This document shows positions 1 through 10,369 of a stretch of DNA of 59,030 bases, in pieces. Source of the stretch: Candidatus Eiseniibacteriota bacterium (lineage in GTDB: Bacteria > Eisenbacteria > RBG-16-71-46 > JABDJR01 > JAWXBZ01); assembly GCA_034440375.1 (NCBI GenBank), contig JAWXBZ010000148.1:1-59030 (forward strand), read 5' to 3'. Each line of letters begins with the position of its first letter. Positions within the stretch are counted from its first letter, which is position 1. A program made the position numbers and the translations under genes. The notes beneath the pieces were generated by a model. It searched no databases and was not told the origin of the DNA. It saw only the letters and a list, made by a program, of their open reading frames with translations.

Positions 1-750
1 CCGCCCCGGGGCGGCGAGATCATCGCGATCGTCGAGGCCCCGTTCGATTTCCCGTTCGTGGAGCACCTGGCGAATCCAGGCCGGCTCGGCCTGCCAGCCC
101 AGGTCCACCGCCCCGCCCCCGCTCAAGGCGCGCAGCGTGAGGGTCGGGCCGTCGGGACCGGGATCGATGACCAGCCGGTCCGGGGAACCGGTCGCGACCG
201 TGAACGGCATGGCCGATGAGTCTGCCGCATGACGGTTGCCGTGATGATCGCGGAAGGCCAGGAGCGGCCGAAGACCCAACACTACCGGTCCTTCACCGTC
301 CAGCAGCCGATAGCGCAGGAGTAGCGCGTTGACCCCGTGGACCATGATGACCCGGCGCTCGAGCCGCCACGTACCCGCCAGCCAGACATGACGCGGAAAA
401 GGCCAGCGGTCGAAGCTTTCGAGAAGGTGATCCCCGCGGGGATGGAGAATGCCGGGACTCGTACCGCCGCCCGCGTCCGGATAGCGATGAATGCCCAGTT
501 CAAACGTGCCGACGGCACCGGACAGCGATTCGTCGAGGCTGGCCAGCGTCAGCTGCCGGTCCACCGGCGGTTTGACCGCCGCGACCAGGAGGCCGCTGTA
601 GCGCCGGGGCAGGAGTCCGTTGACCGCCTGGAAGGCGTAGCCGCCGAGGCCGTTGGTTTCAATCCACTCGAAGCGGCCGGCCGCTTCGGGATCGGCCAGG
701 ACGGCCCTGGTCAGGGAGAAGCGCGGGAAGCCGTTCTGAGTCGGCGTCAC
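1..750 (-). CDS. Glycogen debranching enzyme / amylo-alpha-1,6-glucosidase, N-terminal part (runs off window edge)
   Basis: Not in the ORF track. GTG at 750, just after the upstream stop, reads MTPTQNGFPRF...FEWIETNGLGGYAFQAVNGLLPRRYSGLLVAAVKPPVDRQL, matching the GDE N-terminal EWxETNGLGGY...RRYxGLL motif. Confidence 0.85.
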   Translation of the reverse strand, partial: MTPTQNGFPRFSLTRAVLADPEAAGRFEWIETNGLGGYAFQAVNGLLPRRYSGLLVAAVKPPVDRQLTLASLDESLSGAVGTFELGIHRYPDAGGGTSPGILHPRGDHLLESFDRWPFPRHVWLAGTWRLERRVIMVHGVNALLLRYRLLDGEGPVVLGLRPLLAFRDHHGNRHAADSSAMPFTVATGSPDRLVIDPGPDGPTLTLRALSGGGAVDLGWQAEPAWIRQVLHEREIERGLDDRDDLAAPGR

Positions 751-754
751 CTTT

Positions 755-2002
755 TTACTCTGGCACGCCGCTCGCGGGCCACTGACCCACCAGCCATGTC
801 ACGAGCGCCGGGAATCGCTGGGCCCACGCGCCTTCATTGTGACTCTGGCCGGCCGCCTCGATCGACCGGAAGTCGAGCTCATCGACGAACCCCTGACCGA
901 GCGCCACCGCGCGCATTGCCCGCAGGTCATCGATGTAATCGTCGATGCCGTTGCCGTCCTGGTCGGTCGTGCTTCCTGATTCGAGGGTGCCCATGTCCTG
1001 GTAGAAGCGGGTCAGTGCCGGTTTCCCCTGTGCCTGTGCCCAGCCGATCAGGTGATCGTTATCCCACCAGTAGCTGGGGGAGACGGCGGCCACACGACCG
1101 AAGACATCGTCGTGCGCCCAGCCGGCATAGGTGCTGATCAGGCCGCCGAGGGAGGAGCCACTCATGAAGGTCTGGGTTCGATCGGCCAGTGTGCGATAGC
1201 GTCGGTCGATCTCCGGCTTCAACAACGTGATGAGGTCGATCAGGTACGCTTCACCGTCGCCGCCCGAGCCGCCCGATGGCCACGGCGTGTACTCGGACAG
1301 GCGCGCGCCGCCGCCGTTGTCGACGCCGACGACGATGACCGGGCGGATCTGGCCCGACTCGACCAGTAGATCGCACGTTTCATCCACCCGCCATTCGCCG
1401 GCAAAACTTGTCCGGACATCGTAAAGATTCTGTCCGTCGTGCATATAGAGGACCGGATAGCGGTCGGTCGACGTGCGATAACCCGGCGGCAGGTAGACGC
1501 GCACGGTTCTCCCGCCGCGAAACGGCGAGTGGCTGAACATTTCCACATCACCGGTCAACGTGCCGAGATCGGCCCAGGTAGTCACGGTGAAATCGTACGT
1601 CTGGCCCGCCTGCGGCGTGAGCATGCGATTGGGAATATCGAGGCCGGTGGCGTCCTTCTCGACGCGTGTCCACGAACCGTGGGTGAACTTGAACTGGATC
1701 GGCTGGCCGGCGGTCAGGTTCAGATCGATGGTCCAGCGACCGTCCGGCTGTTTTGCCAGGGCGTGGGTTGGGCTGGCCGGGTTCCACCCCTGGAAATCCC
1801 CGGCGATGTAAACGAGATCCCCGGCGGGCGTGGAATTCGGCGCATCGACGCGGATCGTGAAGACGGCGGTCATTCCCGCCGGTGAAACGGGCTCGGCGGG
1901 GCCCAGGCCGGTGGCCGACGCCGTCGGCGCCGGCGAGCCCTGGCCGCACGCGGACAGGACCAGGAGAACCAGGGAGAGGTAGCCGGCGAGTCGGAGTGAC
2001 AT
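755..2002 (-). CDS. Lipoprotein: CBM20-like starch-binding domain plus alpha/beta-hydrolase (putative esterase)
   Basis: Likely start MSLRLAGYL with lipobox LSAC. CBM20-like VYIAGDFQGWNP...QFKFTHGSW..VE, then YPVLYMHDGQN, GSSLGG nucleophile elbow and HNE..W. Confidence 0.85.
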   Translation of the reverse strand: MSLRLAGYLSLVLLVLSACGQGSPAPTASATGLGPAEPVSPAGMTAVFTIRVDAPNSTPAGDLVYIAGDFQGWNPASPTHALAKQPDGRWTIDLNLTAGQPIQFKFTHGSWTRVEKDATGLDIPNRMLTPQAGQTYDFTVTTWADLGTLTGDVEMFSHSPFRGGRTVRVYLPPGYRTSTDRYPVLYMHDGQNLYDVRTSFAGEWRVDETCDLLVESGQIRPVIVVGVDNGGGARLSEYTPWPSGGSGGDGEAYLIDLITLLKPEIDRRYRTLADRTQTFMSGSSLGGLISTYAGWAHDDVFGRVAAVSPSYWWDNDHLIGWAQAQGKPALTRFYQDMGTLESGSTTDQDGNGIDDYIDDLRAMRAVALGQGFVDELDFRSIEAAGQSHNEGAWAQRFPALVTWLVGQWPASGVPE

Positions 2003-2152
2003 GGCGCGAAGTATATCGCGTCGGATGGCTGTTTCGGCGTTGGACCATTTGTTGGACCGCTCCACCTTTTCAGCCGGCGGCAGGCCGACTACGATTCCCT
2101 CTCCGGCCACCCGGCCGTCCGATCGCAACTGTTTCGCCCGAGGGACCTGTTC

Positions 2153-5100
2153 ATGACTCTCCCCTTCCGCCTGCTCCGGATTGCCGCGACCGCCGTTCGA
2201 CCGGCCCTGTTCGTACTTCTGGCCGTTCTGGCCTCTGCCGCGCCGGCGCTGGCTGAGCCCGTCGTCTTCACCTTCGTGCCGGTGGCCGGGCAGTCGGTTC
2301 TGAGTGTGTCGGTGCGCGGATCGATGAACACCTGGGGAGAGACCGCCATGACGAAGGGGGCGGACGGCACTTGGAGCGTCACGATCGACCTCGCGCCCGG
2401 CGAGCACCAGTACAAGTATTTCGTGAACGGTGAATGGCCCGGCAACATGAAGTCGGGTGCCGACGGCGGGCCGCTCGATCCGGCCGCGGACAACTACGTG
2501 GACGACACGTTTGGCGGCCTGAATGCCGTACGTCGGGTGGCCGCGGGCGGCGCCGCCGCTCCCGCCCTGGCCGCCGCGCCTAAACCGCCGGCGACGGCGC
2601 TCGAAGCCGGCACAGCCCGCATCCACTACTTCCGTCCCGACGGCCAGTACGATGACTGGAAACTCCACGTGTGGGAGGACGCGCAGGAAACGGTCACGTG
2701 GGAAAAGGGCCTCACCCCCGCCGGCACCGACGCGGCGGGCGCGTTCTGGGACGTGCGCTTGAAGCCCAACGCGGCCAAGATCGGCTTCATCGTTCACAAG
2801 GGGGATGAGAAGGACCCCGGCGTCGACATGTTCCTGGTCCTGGCCGAACAGGGACCGGAAGCGTGGCTGGTGTCCGGCCGCAGCACGATCAGCACGAAGC
2901 AACCCGACGTTGCCAGCCTCGGCGCCGGCGACCTCACCCGCCGAAAGGCCCACTGGGTCCGGCGCGACCTGATCGCCTGGCCGGGACGTCCCGCGGCGGG
3001 AGCGGCGTTCCAGCTCCACGCCACGCCAAACGGCGGTTTGAAGCCGACTCCGACCGGCGTGATCGGCGGGGAGACTATTGCCCTCACGCGCGACACGGCC
3101 GGACTCCCCCGCGAGATCCTGATCGAGAACCCCCACCTGGCCGGAATGACGGCGTTGCGCCTGGACGCCGCCGCGACGGCGCGGGCACCTGAATTCCTCC
3201 GCGGGGAATTGGCGGTGTCCGTGTCCGGCCCCGACGGCAAGGTCCAGGATGCCACCGGCGTCCAGATCCCCGGCGTCCTCGACGACCTCTTCACTTATGA
3301 CGGCACCCTGGGAGTCACCTGGGCCGGCGGTGCACCGACGCTTCGCGTGTGGGCGCCGACAGCGCGCGCCGTCCGTCTCCTGATGTTTGCCGACTCGAAG
3401 GCCACGACCCCGGCAGAGACACGGCCCATGAATCCTGGCGATGCGTCGGCACCTGGCGTGTGGAGCCTGGCTGGCCCAGCTGACTGGGCGAATCGATTCT
3501 ACCTGTACGAGGTCGAGGTGTTCGTGCCCACCACCGGCCTCATGGAAACGAATCGCGTCACCGACCCCTATTCCCGCGGGCTGGCCAGGAACAGTCGCCT
3601 GAGCCAGATCGTTGACCTGAACGCCGCCGCTCTCAAGCCAGATGGCTGGGATGCCATCGCCAAGCCCGCACTCGCAGCCCCCGAGGACATCACCCTGTAT
3701 GAACTTCACATCCGCGACTTCAGCGCGCTGGATGAGTCGGTTCCGGCCGCCGAGCGCGGCACTTTCCTGGCCTTCACGCGCGACACACCCGGCACACGCC
3801 ACTTGAAAAACCTTGCGGACGCCGGTCTGTCCCACGTACACCTGCTCCCCGTCTTCGACATCGCCACCGTGAATGAAGACAGGAGCACCTGGAAGCAGCC
3901 GGCCGATCTCTCGAAGCTCCGGGGCGATTCCGAGGAGCAGCAGGCCGAAATCGCCGCCATCCGCGGCGAGGACGGCTACAACTGGGGATACGACCCGTGG
4001 CACTACGGCGTGCCCGAGGGAAGCTACAGCACCGACCCCGATGGCACGGCGCGCCTCGTGGAGTTCCGCCGGATGGTGCAGGCGCTGAATGCCATGGGCC
4101 TGCGCGTCGTCATGGATGTCGTTTACAACCACACGAACGCCAGCGGCCAGAACGAGCGATCGGTCCTGGACCGCATCGTGCCGGGTTATTACCACCGGCT
4201 GAGCCTGGACGGGGTGGTCGAAACGTCCACCTGTTGCCAGAACACAGCCAGCGAGCACCACATGATGGAGAAATTGATCGCCGACGACCTTGTGCACTGG
4301 GCGCGGGACTACAAGATTGACGGCTTCCGTTTTGATCTCATGGGTCATCACCTGAAGCGGAACATGGAAACGTTCCGGAGCCGGCTGGCCGCGCTGACGC
4401 CGGCCGCCGACGGCGTGGACGGCTCGACCATCTACCTGTACGGCGAGGGGTGGGATTTCGGCGAGGTGGCCAAGGGCGCGCGCGGACCCAACGCCACGCA
4501 GCCCAACATGGCCGGCACCGGCATCGGCACGTTCAATGACCGCATCCGCGACGCCATCCGCGGCGGGAACCCCTTCGGTGATCGCCGCGAGCAGGGCTTC
4601 ACGACCGGCATCGCCGACGATCCCAACGGTTTCTCCGGTTCGGGCGCCGGTGACCGGGGGAAAATCCTGGGCGGTATGGACCGGATCAAGGTGGGGCTGG
4701 CCGGCAACATGACCGACTTTGCCTTCATCAACTCGTCAGGCCAGCCCGCCACGGGGGGCGCCAACGGCGTCGGCTACGCGAGGGACCCGCAGGAAGTGAT
4801 CAACTACGCCGCCGCGCACGATAACGAAACGTTCTGGGACAAGATCGCCTATGCGGCGCCGCCCACGCTGCCGGTGGCCGAACGCGTCCGCATGCAGATG
4901 CTGAGCCTCGCGCTCGTCGGTCTCGGCCAGGGCATCCCCTTCTTCCACGCCGGCGAGGAGATGCTCCGCTCCAAATCGATGGACGCCGACAGCTACAACT
5001 CCGGCGACTGGTTCAACCGACTCGATTTCACGTTCGCCACCAACAACTTCGGCGTCGGCCTCCCGATGGCCGACAAGAACAAGGATCGCTGGTCGATCAT

Positions 5101-5536
5101 GAAGCCGCTATTTGGCCGCTCCGACTTGACGCCAGCCACCGCCGACATCCAGGCCTCCTCAGATTATTTCCGGGAGATCCTGGCGATCCGCAAGTCGAGC
5201 CCATTGTTCCGACTCCGCACGGCCGACGATATCCGGCGGAAGCTGTCATTTCCCGCCGGGGCCTCGGTCCGGATTCCCGGTGTCATCGTCATGACCCTGG
5301 CCGACCCCACCGGCGCGGGTGACACGGATCCAAATGTCGGCACGCTTCTCGTCATCTTCAATGCCACAAAATCGGATCAGACGGTGGCCGACGACACGTG
5401 GAGAGGGGGCAAGTACACGCTCCACCCGGCCCAGGAGGCCTCGAGCGACAGCCGCACCAGGACTTCGAGTTATGACGCCGGTCGGGGTGCCTTCAAGGTA
5501 CCGGCCCGCACCACGGCCGTGTTTCGGGCGCCGTAG
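2153..5536 (+). CDS. pulA: Secreted pullulanase-type alpha-1,6-glucosidase (GH13) with N-terminal carbohydrate-binding modules
   Basis: Signal peptide. [27 protein letters not shown] and AHDN motifs. CBM48-like and CBM41/PUD-like N-terminal domains. Confidence 0.92.
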   Translation: MTLPFRLLRIAATAVRPALFVLLAVLASAAPALAEPVVFTFVPVAGQSVLSVSVRGSMNTWGETAMTKGADGTWSVTIDLAPGEHQYKYFVNGEWPGNMKSGADGGPLDPAADNYVDDTFGGLNAVRRVAAGGAAAPALAAAPKPPATALEAGTARIHYFRPDGQYDDWKLHVWEDAQETVTWEKGLTPAGTDAAGAFWDVRLKPNAAKIGFIVHKGDEKDPGVDMFLVLAEQGPEAWLVSGRSTISTKQPDVASLGAGDLTRRKAHWVRRDLIAWPGRPAAGAAFQLHATPNGGLKPTPTGVIGGETIALTRDTAGLPREILIENPHLAGMTALRLDAAATARAPEFLRGELAVSVSGPDGKVQDATGVQIPGVLDDLFTYDGTLGVTWAGGAPTLRVWAPTARAVRLLMFADSKATTPAETRPMNPGDASAPGVWSLAGPADWANRFYLYEVEVFVPTTGLMETNRVTDPYSRGLARNSRLSQIVDLNAAALKPDGWDAIAKPALAAPEDITLYELHIRDFSALDESVPAAERGTFLAFTRDTPGTRHLKNLADAGLSHVHLLPVFDIATVNEDRSTWKQPADLSKLRGDSEEQQAEIAAIRGEDGYNWGYDPWHYGVPEGSYSTDPDGTARLVEFRRMVQALNAMGLRVVMDVVYNHTNASGQNERSVLDRIVPGYYHRLSLDGVVETSTCCQNTASEHHMMEKLIADDLVHWARDYKIDGFRFDLMGHHLKRNMETFRSRLAALTPAADGVDGSTIYLYGEGWDFGEVAKGARGPNATQPNMAGTGIGTFNDRIRDAIRGGNPFGDRREQGFTTGIADDPNGFSGSGAGDRGKILGGMDRIKVGLAGNMTDFAFINSSGQPATGGANGVGYARDPQEVINYAAAHDNETFWDKIAYAAPPTLPVAERVRMQMLSLALVGLGQGIPFFHAGEEMLRSKSMDADSYNSGDWFNRLDFTFATNNFGVGLPMADKNKDRWSIMKPLFGRSDLTPATADIQASSDYFREILAIRKSSPLFRLRTADDIRRKLSFPAGASVRIPGVIVMTLADPTGAGDTDPNVGTLLVIFNATKSDQTVADDTWRGGKYTLHPAQEASSDSRTRTSSYDAGRGAFKVPARTTAVFRAP

Positions 5537-5553
5537 GGGCGGGGGCTTTCAAA

Positions 5554-5634
5554 TCAGACGTGCTGATCGAGGAGGATTGGGTTTCCATCCGGATCGACGG
5601 CGACAAGACTGGCTGGCCCCGTCGTGCTCTCGTC
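5554..5634 (-). pseudogene. 3' remnant of a VOC/glyoxalase-family gene
   Basis: Reads DESTTGPASLVAVDPDGNPILLDQHV*, a typical VOC C-terminus (DPDGN motif). The 5' part is missing. Confidence 0.6.
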
Positions 5635-5789
5635 ACGAGAATGAAACCATCACGCTTCGCGGCATCCCAAATGTTCGTATCGGGCGCCCCCGCCAAGCTC
5701 AGGCCATAAACGTGTGCCGAGCCGGGGAAGCTCGCTGCCAGCCGACGCGCAAACTGGGGCGGCAAGTGCTCGTCAAAGAGGAGCTTCGG
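5632..5789 (-). pseudogene. Truncated DUF5615 PIN-like toxin
   Basis: KLLFDEHLP...SAHV...APDTNIWDAAKRDGFILVT. CCG stands where the start codon is expected, and similarity stops before the usual KDxDF motif. Confidence 0.7.
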
Positions 5790-5796
5790 GCCGACC

Positions 5797-6024
5797 TCAG
5801 GCAGCGGGGTTGCTCCGAAGAATGCGTTCCCTATCAGCCGCAAACGAGAGGCACGCACGGATATCATCGCCCGAAAGCGACGGGTACTCGGCGACGATCT
5901 CCGCCTCGGTTAGCCCGCTGGCTAGATAGGAAAGAACGTCGCCGACGGTAATCCGCGTACCCCGCACGGTCGGCTTTCCAAAGCGAACTTCGGGATCGAG
6001 GATAATGCGAGCGTGATAGTCCAT
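5797..6024 (-). CDS. DUF433 family antitoxin
   Basis: MDYHARIILDPEVRFGKPTVRGTRITVGDVLSYLASG...EYPSL..DDIRACL.FAA, directly upstream of the DUF5615 remnant. Confidence 0.9.
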   Translation of the reverse strand: MDYHARIILDPEVRFGKPTVRGTRITVGDVLSYLASGLTEAEIVAEYPSLSGDDIRACLSFAADRERILRSNPAA

Positions 6025-6087
6025 GCCCAGGATGCTACGCCGCAGTCCGAAGGTGGTGAACCTGGACTGAGCGCGTGGCGCGAGTCC

Positions 6088-6185
6088 CGCTAACGACCGC
6101 CGTTCAGCTGCAGGGCCCGCGCCCCTGTCGGCCGAAATGCCATCCCGGATCTGCGGCACCTGTCGGTTGCAACGGCTGGTCAGAC
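6088..6185 (-). mobile_element. attC-like integron cassette recombination site (one mismatch in R'')
   Basis: Minus strand GTCTGAC-CAGCCGTTGCAACCGACAGG...CCCTGCAGCTGAACGGCGGTC-GTTAGCG. About 98 bp imperfect palindrome with R''/L''/L'/R'-like boxes. Confidence 0.65.
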
Positions 6186-6329
6186 TACGCCTACAGGCCT
6201 ATATAGTGAACCGATCGGGCCTGCTGGACCGGTCCAATCGCATGATACACTCGTCGACACGTCAGGCTCGACCGGTGCCACCAGCACCCCCGCCACCCCT
6301 GGTACGACGACCGAACGGGGCACCATCCC

Positions 6330-9300
6330 ATGTTTCGTCCATTACGTTGTTTCCTTTTCGTCATGCTGACAGGAATTGTGCCCGCCCAGGCCGCCCTCAC
6401 CATCGGCCCCGGCCCGGCCCGCGGCACGGATCGCGCCGGCGTCACCTGGTACGAGGACTTCCAGGATTGGAGCCGCGCTGACCTGAAGGCTCTTGATGGC
6501 GCCGGATTGGCGGATGCCCGGTACAACTTTGGTGACGGGCGGGATGACTCCCGGGACCTGGTGGCGTTCTACTTCCGGGATGAGGGTGGCAACCTGTACT
6601 TTCGGGTCGATCTGTACGACCTCGCACTCGGAGCCGAGAACGGCTCACTCGACATCTATGTGGCCATCGACGCGGCGGCGGGAGGGCAGATGTTCCTCCC
6701 CGACTTTCTAGACGTGACAACCGATCGCCCGTGGGAGCTCTGCGTCAACCTCTACAGCGTCGGCACGACCTACGGCACGAACTATCGGATCTACAACAGC
6801 AGCTTCACCAACATCACGTCCGGTTACCTGGGGTCATACTTCAACAGTCAGCTCGATGCGGTGGAGTTCGGCATCGCCCGGCAGACACTGGTCGACGCGG
6901 GGTGGAACGGCAGCTCGCCGCTGACGTTCCAGGTGGTCACGGCGAAAGACGGCTCCGACACTGGATGCTCGGGCGGCGGCGCCTCCAGCGATCTGACCGA
7001 TGCCTTCGAGGATGACGACCGCGGCTGTTCGGACGGCGTCCTGAACGGTGGCACATCCTCCACGGCCTCGGCCGGCTACGCCTGGTACGCCTCCATCGCC
7101 CATGGCAACCAGTCGGTGAACAAGGGGGGTGACATCGGGGCGCATATTTACGACCCGGCCGCCTCGACCGGTATTTCCGGAGGCACGGGATTTCTTCGAA
7201 CGCTCGACACGCACGAAATTTTCCGCGTGCCGCTGAACATCCACCCGTCGGGCACGCTGACCATTGCCTGCAACTGGGCGGCCAGGCCAGGCGGCGCCGC
7301 CGACCCGCAGGACGGGCCGGCGTTCCTGGCCCGCGTCAAGGATTTCGTGGACGCCGATCAATCTTCCCGGCCGGGCAGCCTCATCGGCGGCGTACTGGCG
7401 GAGCACATCATGCCCTACTTCGAAGGGCCGGTGAACGCGGCCTCGATGGCCCTGACGGATGAGTTGAACCAGGCGGTGTACGGCGTGTCGGCGGCGGCCG
7501 CCCGCGTCATGCACACGCCGGAGCGGGTTATTCGCAGCCAGTCGACCGGGCTCTCGCCGCTGGATGGCCACACGTTCGAGGACATCGCCGCGAGTCCGTA
7601 CCAGGCCACCTATCTCGATGAGGTGACCCATCTCCACTGGTGGTTTTATGCCGGGGAAACCTGCCAGCCGGACCAGGGCTACCGGCACAAGGTGCACCGG
7701 ATCAACGGCGTCTACTCGTTTGTCATCAACGACCGGGAGGATCAGGGGAAGTTCGGCAATCACGACGGCGGGATGGTCATGGACAGCCGGTTCAGCCTGC
7801 TGGAGAAGGCCCTCTTCGGCAACTCCAGCGAGGTCGTGACGGTCTTCGACGATTGGGAGGCGCTGGCCGGCAAGTCATTCGACCCGGGTTCCGGCGCGCC
7901 CGTTCCGAACAACAATCCAAACCAGTATCACAACACGATTCGCTGGGCCGCCAATCACCCCTGGATCCGCGTCGCCAACCTGGATGACATCCTGACGGAG
8001 GCACTGGCCAATCCGGGCGCCTTCGTCATCGACCATGGCACGCGTTTCGACCTGCCGATGCAGACGTATGAATGGTTGAAGCACGCCAGCGAGGATTCCT
8101 ACAATTACTGGTACTACAACAACAATGCCGGCTTCGGGGGAAACGAGCAGGACTTTTACAACCTCGTGCCGGTCCTGACCGGCCCCCAGGGGGATTACCG
8201 GCCTCGCGGTGTGACGCCGGCGGCGGATGGCCCGCCACTTCCCTCCGGGAGGAAGCACGGCGATCTCAACACCCCGGGTTCGCTCATGTTTGAGGCGTGG
8301 GCCACGCTGGAGGCGGCCCCGGCAGGCCGACTCAAGGAACTCGGCGTCGCCGGGTACCTGGCCATGATTTACGAAACCGCCTGGCACGAAGAGGATGAGC
8401 TGAACTATTCGGATACCAGTTGCTACGGCAACTGGGTCGATCCCGACGACACCTGGGACGGCGTCAACACCTGGTGCCTGCGACTGAACAATCACGTCCG
8501 ATGGTCGGTCATGTATTCGGCGGCTGCCGGTTGGGTCGAGCAGTGCCGGACCGGCTCTCAGATTGCCGCGACCGAAGCCGGCAGCCTTGATATCGACCTG
8601 GACGGCGAGGCCGAATATGTCCTTAAAAACAACCGGATCTGGTGCGCCTTCGAGCGCTACGGGGGCCGATGCGTCCTCGCCGTGGCGTACGATCCGATGG
8701 TGATGGACGGCCAGGTCCTGATCGGCGCGCCCTTCACCAATCCGTCCGCGCCCGGGGAGGAGGAATACGCAGGCATCGCCGCCAACCGGTGCTCGGCATT
8801 CAAGGAGATGAACGGCGGCAGCTACGTCGATGCCCCCTACAGCGTGTCGGTCGGGCCCGGCAGCCTCACCTTTACCAGCCCCGACGGCCTGGTGGTCAAG
8901 ACAATGACCGCCGAGGCCGGCAGCAACTCGCTTCGGGCCCATTACACGGAAAGCGTGCCCGGCCCCCTCTACTTCCGGATCGGCCTCTCGCCCAACCCGC
9001 TGGACCTGGCCTTTCATGGTCAGGCCCACCTCACCTCGAGCCTCACCGCCACCCGGTACATGCTGGTCAACTCGGCCGGCGGCGGCGTGGCCATCGACCG
9101 GCTCGGGCTCGATTTCAACGCGACGCCCTCGGACGCCGGATACAACCGGCGCAACCTGGCGCTGACGGAGGAGGTGGAGTTGTCGGGGGCGGCTTCGGGC
9201 GATTTCACCGTGACTCTCCACTTGTTGCCCGGCGTCACGAGCGTGTCGGGAACCCCCGAAACCAATCCGATCGCGGGGCCGGGCACCGCCACGCCGCCGC

Positions 9301-9578
9301 TCGCCCTTGCGACGTTGAGCGCCATGCCGGCCAGTGGTCCCCTGCATCTGGAAATCACCCGCCGCCACTCCATCGGCGCGCTCACGATCGATGTCATCAC
9401 CCCGACAGGACAGCGGATCCGCACGATGGAACTCGGTGAGCGACCCGTGGGGATCGAGACGCTCCGCATCGATCCGGTGGACGATGCCGGTCGGCCGCTG
9501 CCGGCGGGGACCTACTTCATCCGAGCCCTGGCGTCGTCCGGGGCCTCAGCCGTTTCGCGATGGGTGGTTCTGAAGTAG
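6330..9578 (+). CDS. Secreted GH57-like glycoside hydrolase with C-terminal FlgD-Ig/sorting-like domain
   Basis: Signal peptide. HGNQ, NIHPSGTL, TPERV (nucleophile-like) and DDWEALAG (acid/base-like). DIDLDGEAEY..KN..GG domain as in 4-alpha-glucanotransferases. Ends DDAGRPLPAGTYFIR. Confidence 0.7.
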   Translation: MFRPLRCFLFVMLTGIVPAQAALTIGPGPARGTDRAGVTWYEDFQDWSRADLKALDGAGLADARYNFGDGRDDSRDLVAFYFRDEGGNLYFRVDLYDLALGAENGSLDIYVAIDAAAGGQMFLPDFLDVTTDRPWELCVNLYSVGTTYGTNYRIYNSSFTNITSGYLGSYFNSQLDAVEFGIARQTLVDAGWNGSSPLTFQVVTAKDGSDTGCSGGGASSDLTDAFEDDDRGCSDGVLNGGTSSTASAGYAWYASIAHGNQSVNKGGDIGAHIYDPAASTGISGGTGFLRTLDTHEIFRVPLNIHPSGTLTIACNWAARPGGAADPQDGPAFLARVKDFVDADQSSRPGSLIGGVLAEHIMPYFEGPVNAASMALTDELNQAVYGVSAAAARVMHTPERVIRSQSTGLSPLDGHTFEDIAASPYQATYLDEVTHLHWWFYAGETCQPDQGYRHKVHRINGVYSFVINDREDQGKFGNHDGGMVMDSRFSLLEKALFGNSSEVVTVFDDWEALAGKSFDPGSGAPVPNNNPNQYHNTIRWAANHPWIRVANLDDILTEALANPGAFVIDHGTRFDLPMQTYEWLKHASEDSYNYWYYNNNAGFGGNEQDFYNLVPVLTGPQGDYRPRGVTPAADGPPLPSGRKHGDLNTPGSLMFEAWATLEAAPAGRLKELGVAGYLAMIYETAWHEEDELNYSDTSCYGNWVDPDDTWDGVNTWCLRLNNHVRWSVMYSAAAGWVEQCRTGSQIAATEAGSLDIDLDGEAEYVLKNNRIWCAFERYGGRCVLAVAYDPMVMDGQVLIGAPFTNPSAPGEEEYAGIAANRCSAFKEMNGGSYVDAPYSVSVGPGSLTFTSPDGLVVKTMTAEAGSNSLRAHYTESVPGPLYFRIGLSPNPLDLAFHGQAHLTSSLTATRYMLVNSAGGGVAIDRLGLDFNATPSDAGYNRRNLALTEEVELSGAASGDFTVTLHLLPGVTSVSGTPETNPIAGPGTATPPLALATLSAMPASGPLHLEITRRHSIGALTIDVITPTGQRIRTMELGERPVGIETLRIDPVDDAGRPLPAGTYFIRALASSGASAVSRWVVLK

Positions 9579-9745
9579 GCGGCCAGGATTTTCCAGACAG
9601 CCATCCGGCCGAAATCCGCCCGGGTGGCGGGTTTGACCGGTCCACTGGTCGGGCTCATACTGATTGCTCACCCGCCTCCCTACCCGGCGGCGGCACCGAC
9701 TGTCGATCGCGCCCCCGCCCGGCGGGGTTTGTGGAGGCTGCACCT

Positions 9746-10369
9746 GTGAGCGCCCCGTCCTTCCTGAATACCCAGTTGATGCCTCGCGGCATCAAGGACC
9801 CGCTGGTTCTGTGCGCCATGCGCGCCGTCCCGCGACATCTGTTCGTTCCCGACGCGCTGGTCGCCAACGCCTATGACGACAATCCCCTGCCCATTGGCCA
9901 TGACCAGACGATCAGCCAGCCGTACATTGTCGCCTTCATGACGCAGGCGCTTGCGCTCTCGGGGGGCGAACGCATTCTCGAAATCGGCACCGGCTCCGGC
10001 TACCAGGCGGCGGTACTGGCCGAGATCGTCGAGCAGGTCTTCACGATCGAGATCGTGCCCGCCCTGGCTCACGAGGCCATGGCACGATTGTCCCGGATGC
10101 ACTACGGCAATGTCCATGTCCGGATCGGTGACGGTTACGGAGGCTGGCCTGAAGGTGGCCCCTTCGACGGCATCGTGGTCACGGCCGCACCCGATCACGT
10201 TCCACCGGCGCTCATCGAGCAATTGAAGCCCGGCGGCCGCATGATCGTGCCGGTCGGGGGCGCCAGCCAGGAACTGATCCTCATCACCCGGACCGAAACA
10301 GGCTCCGCCCGGACGCCGGTCCTTCCAGTGCGCTTCGTTCCCATGACGGGTGAAGCGTGCCGGACGTGA
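9746..10369 (+). CDS. pcm: Protein-L-isoaspartate O-methyltransferase
   Basis: VPRHLFVP, QTISQPYIVA, LEIGTGSGYQAA and VRFVPM. GTG start preceded by GGAGG. Confidence 0.93.
   Translation: MSAPSFLNTQLMPRGIKDPLVLCAMRAVPRHLFVPDALVANAYDDNPLPIGHDQTISQPYIVAFMTQALALSGGERILEIGTGSGYQAAVLAEIVEQVFTIEIVPALAHEAMARLSRMHYGNVHVRIGDGYGGWPEGGPFDGIVVTAAPDHVPPALIEQLKPGGRMIVPVGGASQELILITRTETGSARTPVLPVRFVPMTGEACRT

Noticed and set aside
337-1137. 266-aa plus-strand ORF
   Set aside because: Arg/Pro-rich shadow overlapping the GDE and esterase genes on the other strand.
2003-4351. 5' extension of the 1198-aa minus-strand ORF
   Set aside because: It is an antisense shadow of the GC-rich pullulanase. The real protein starts at the lipoprotein signal at 2002.
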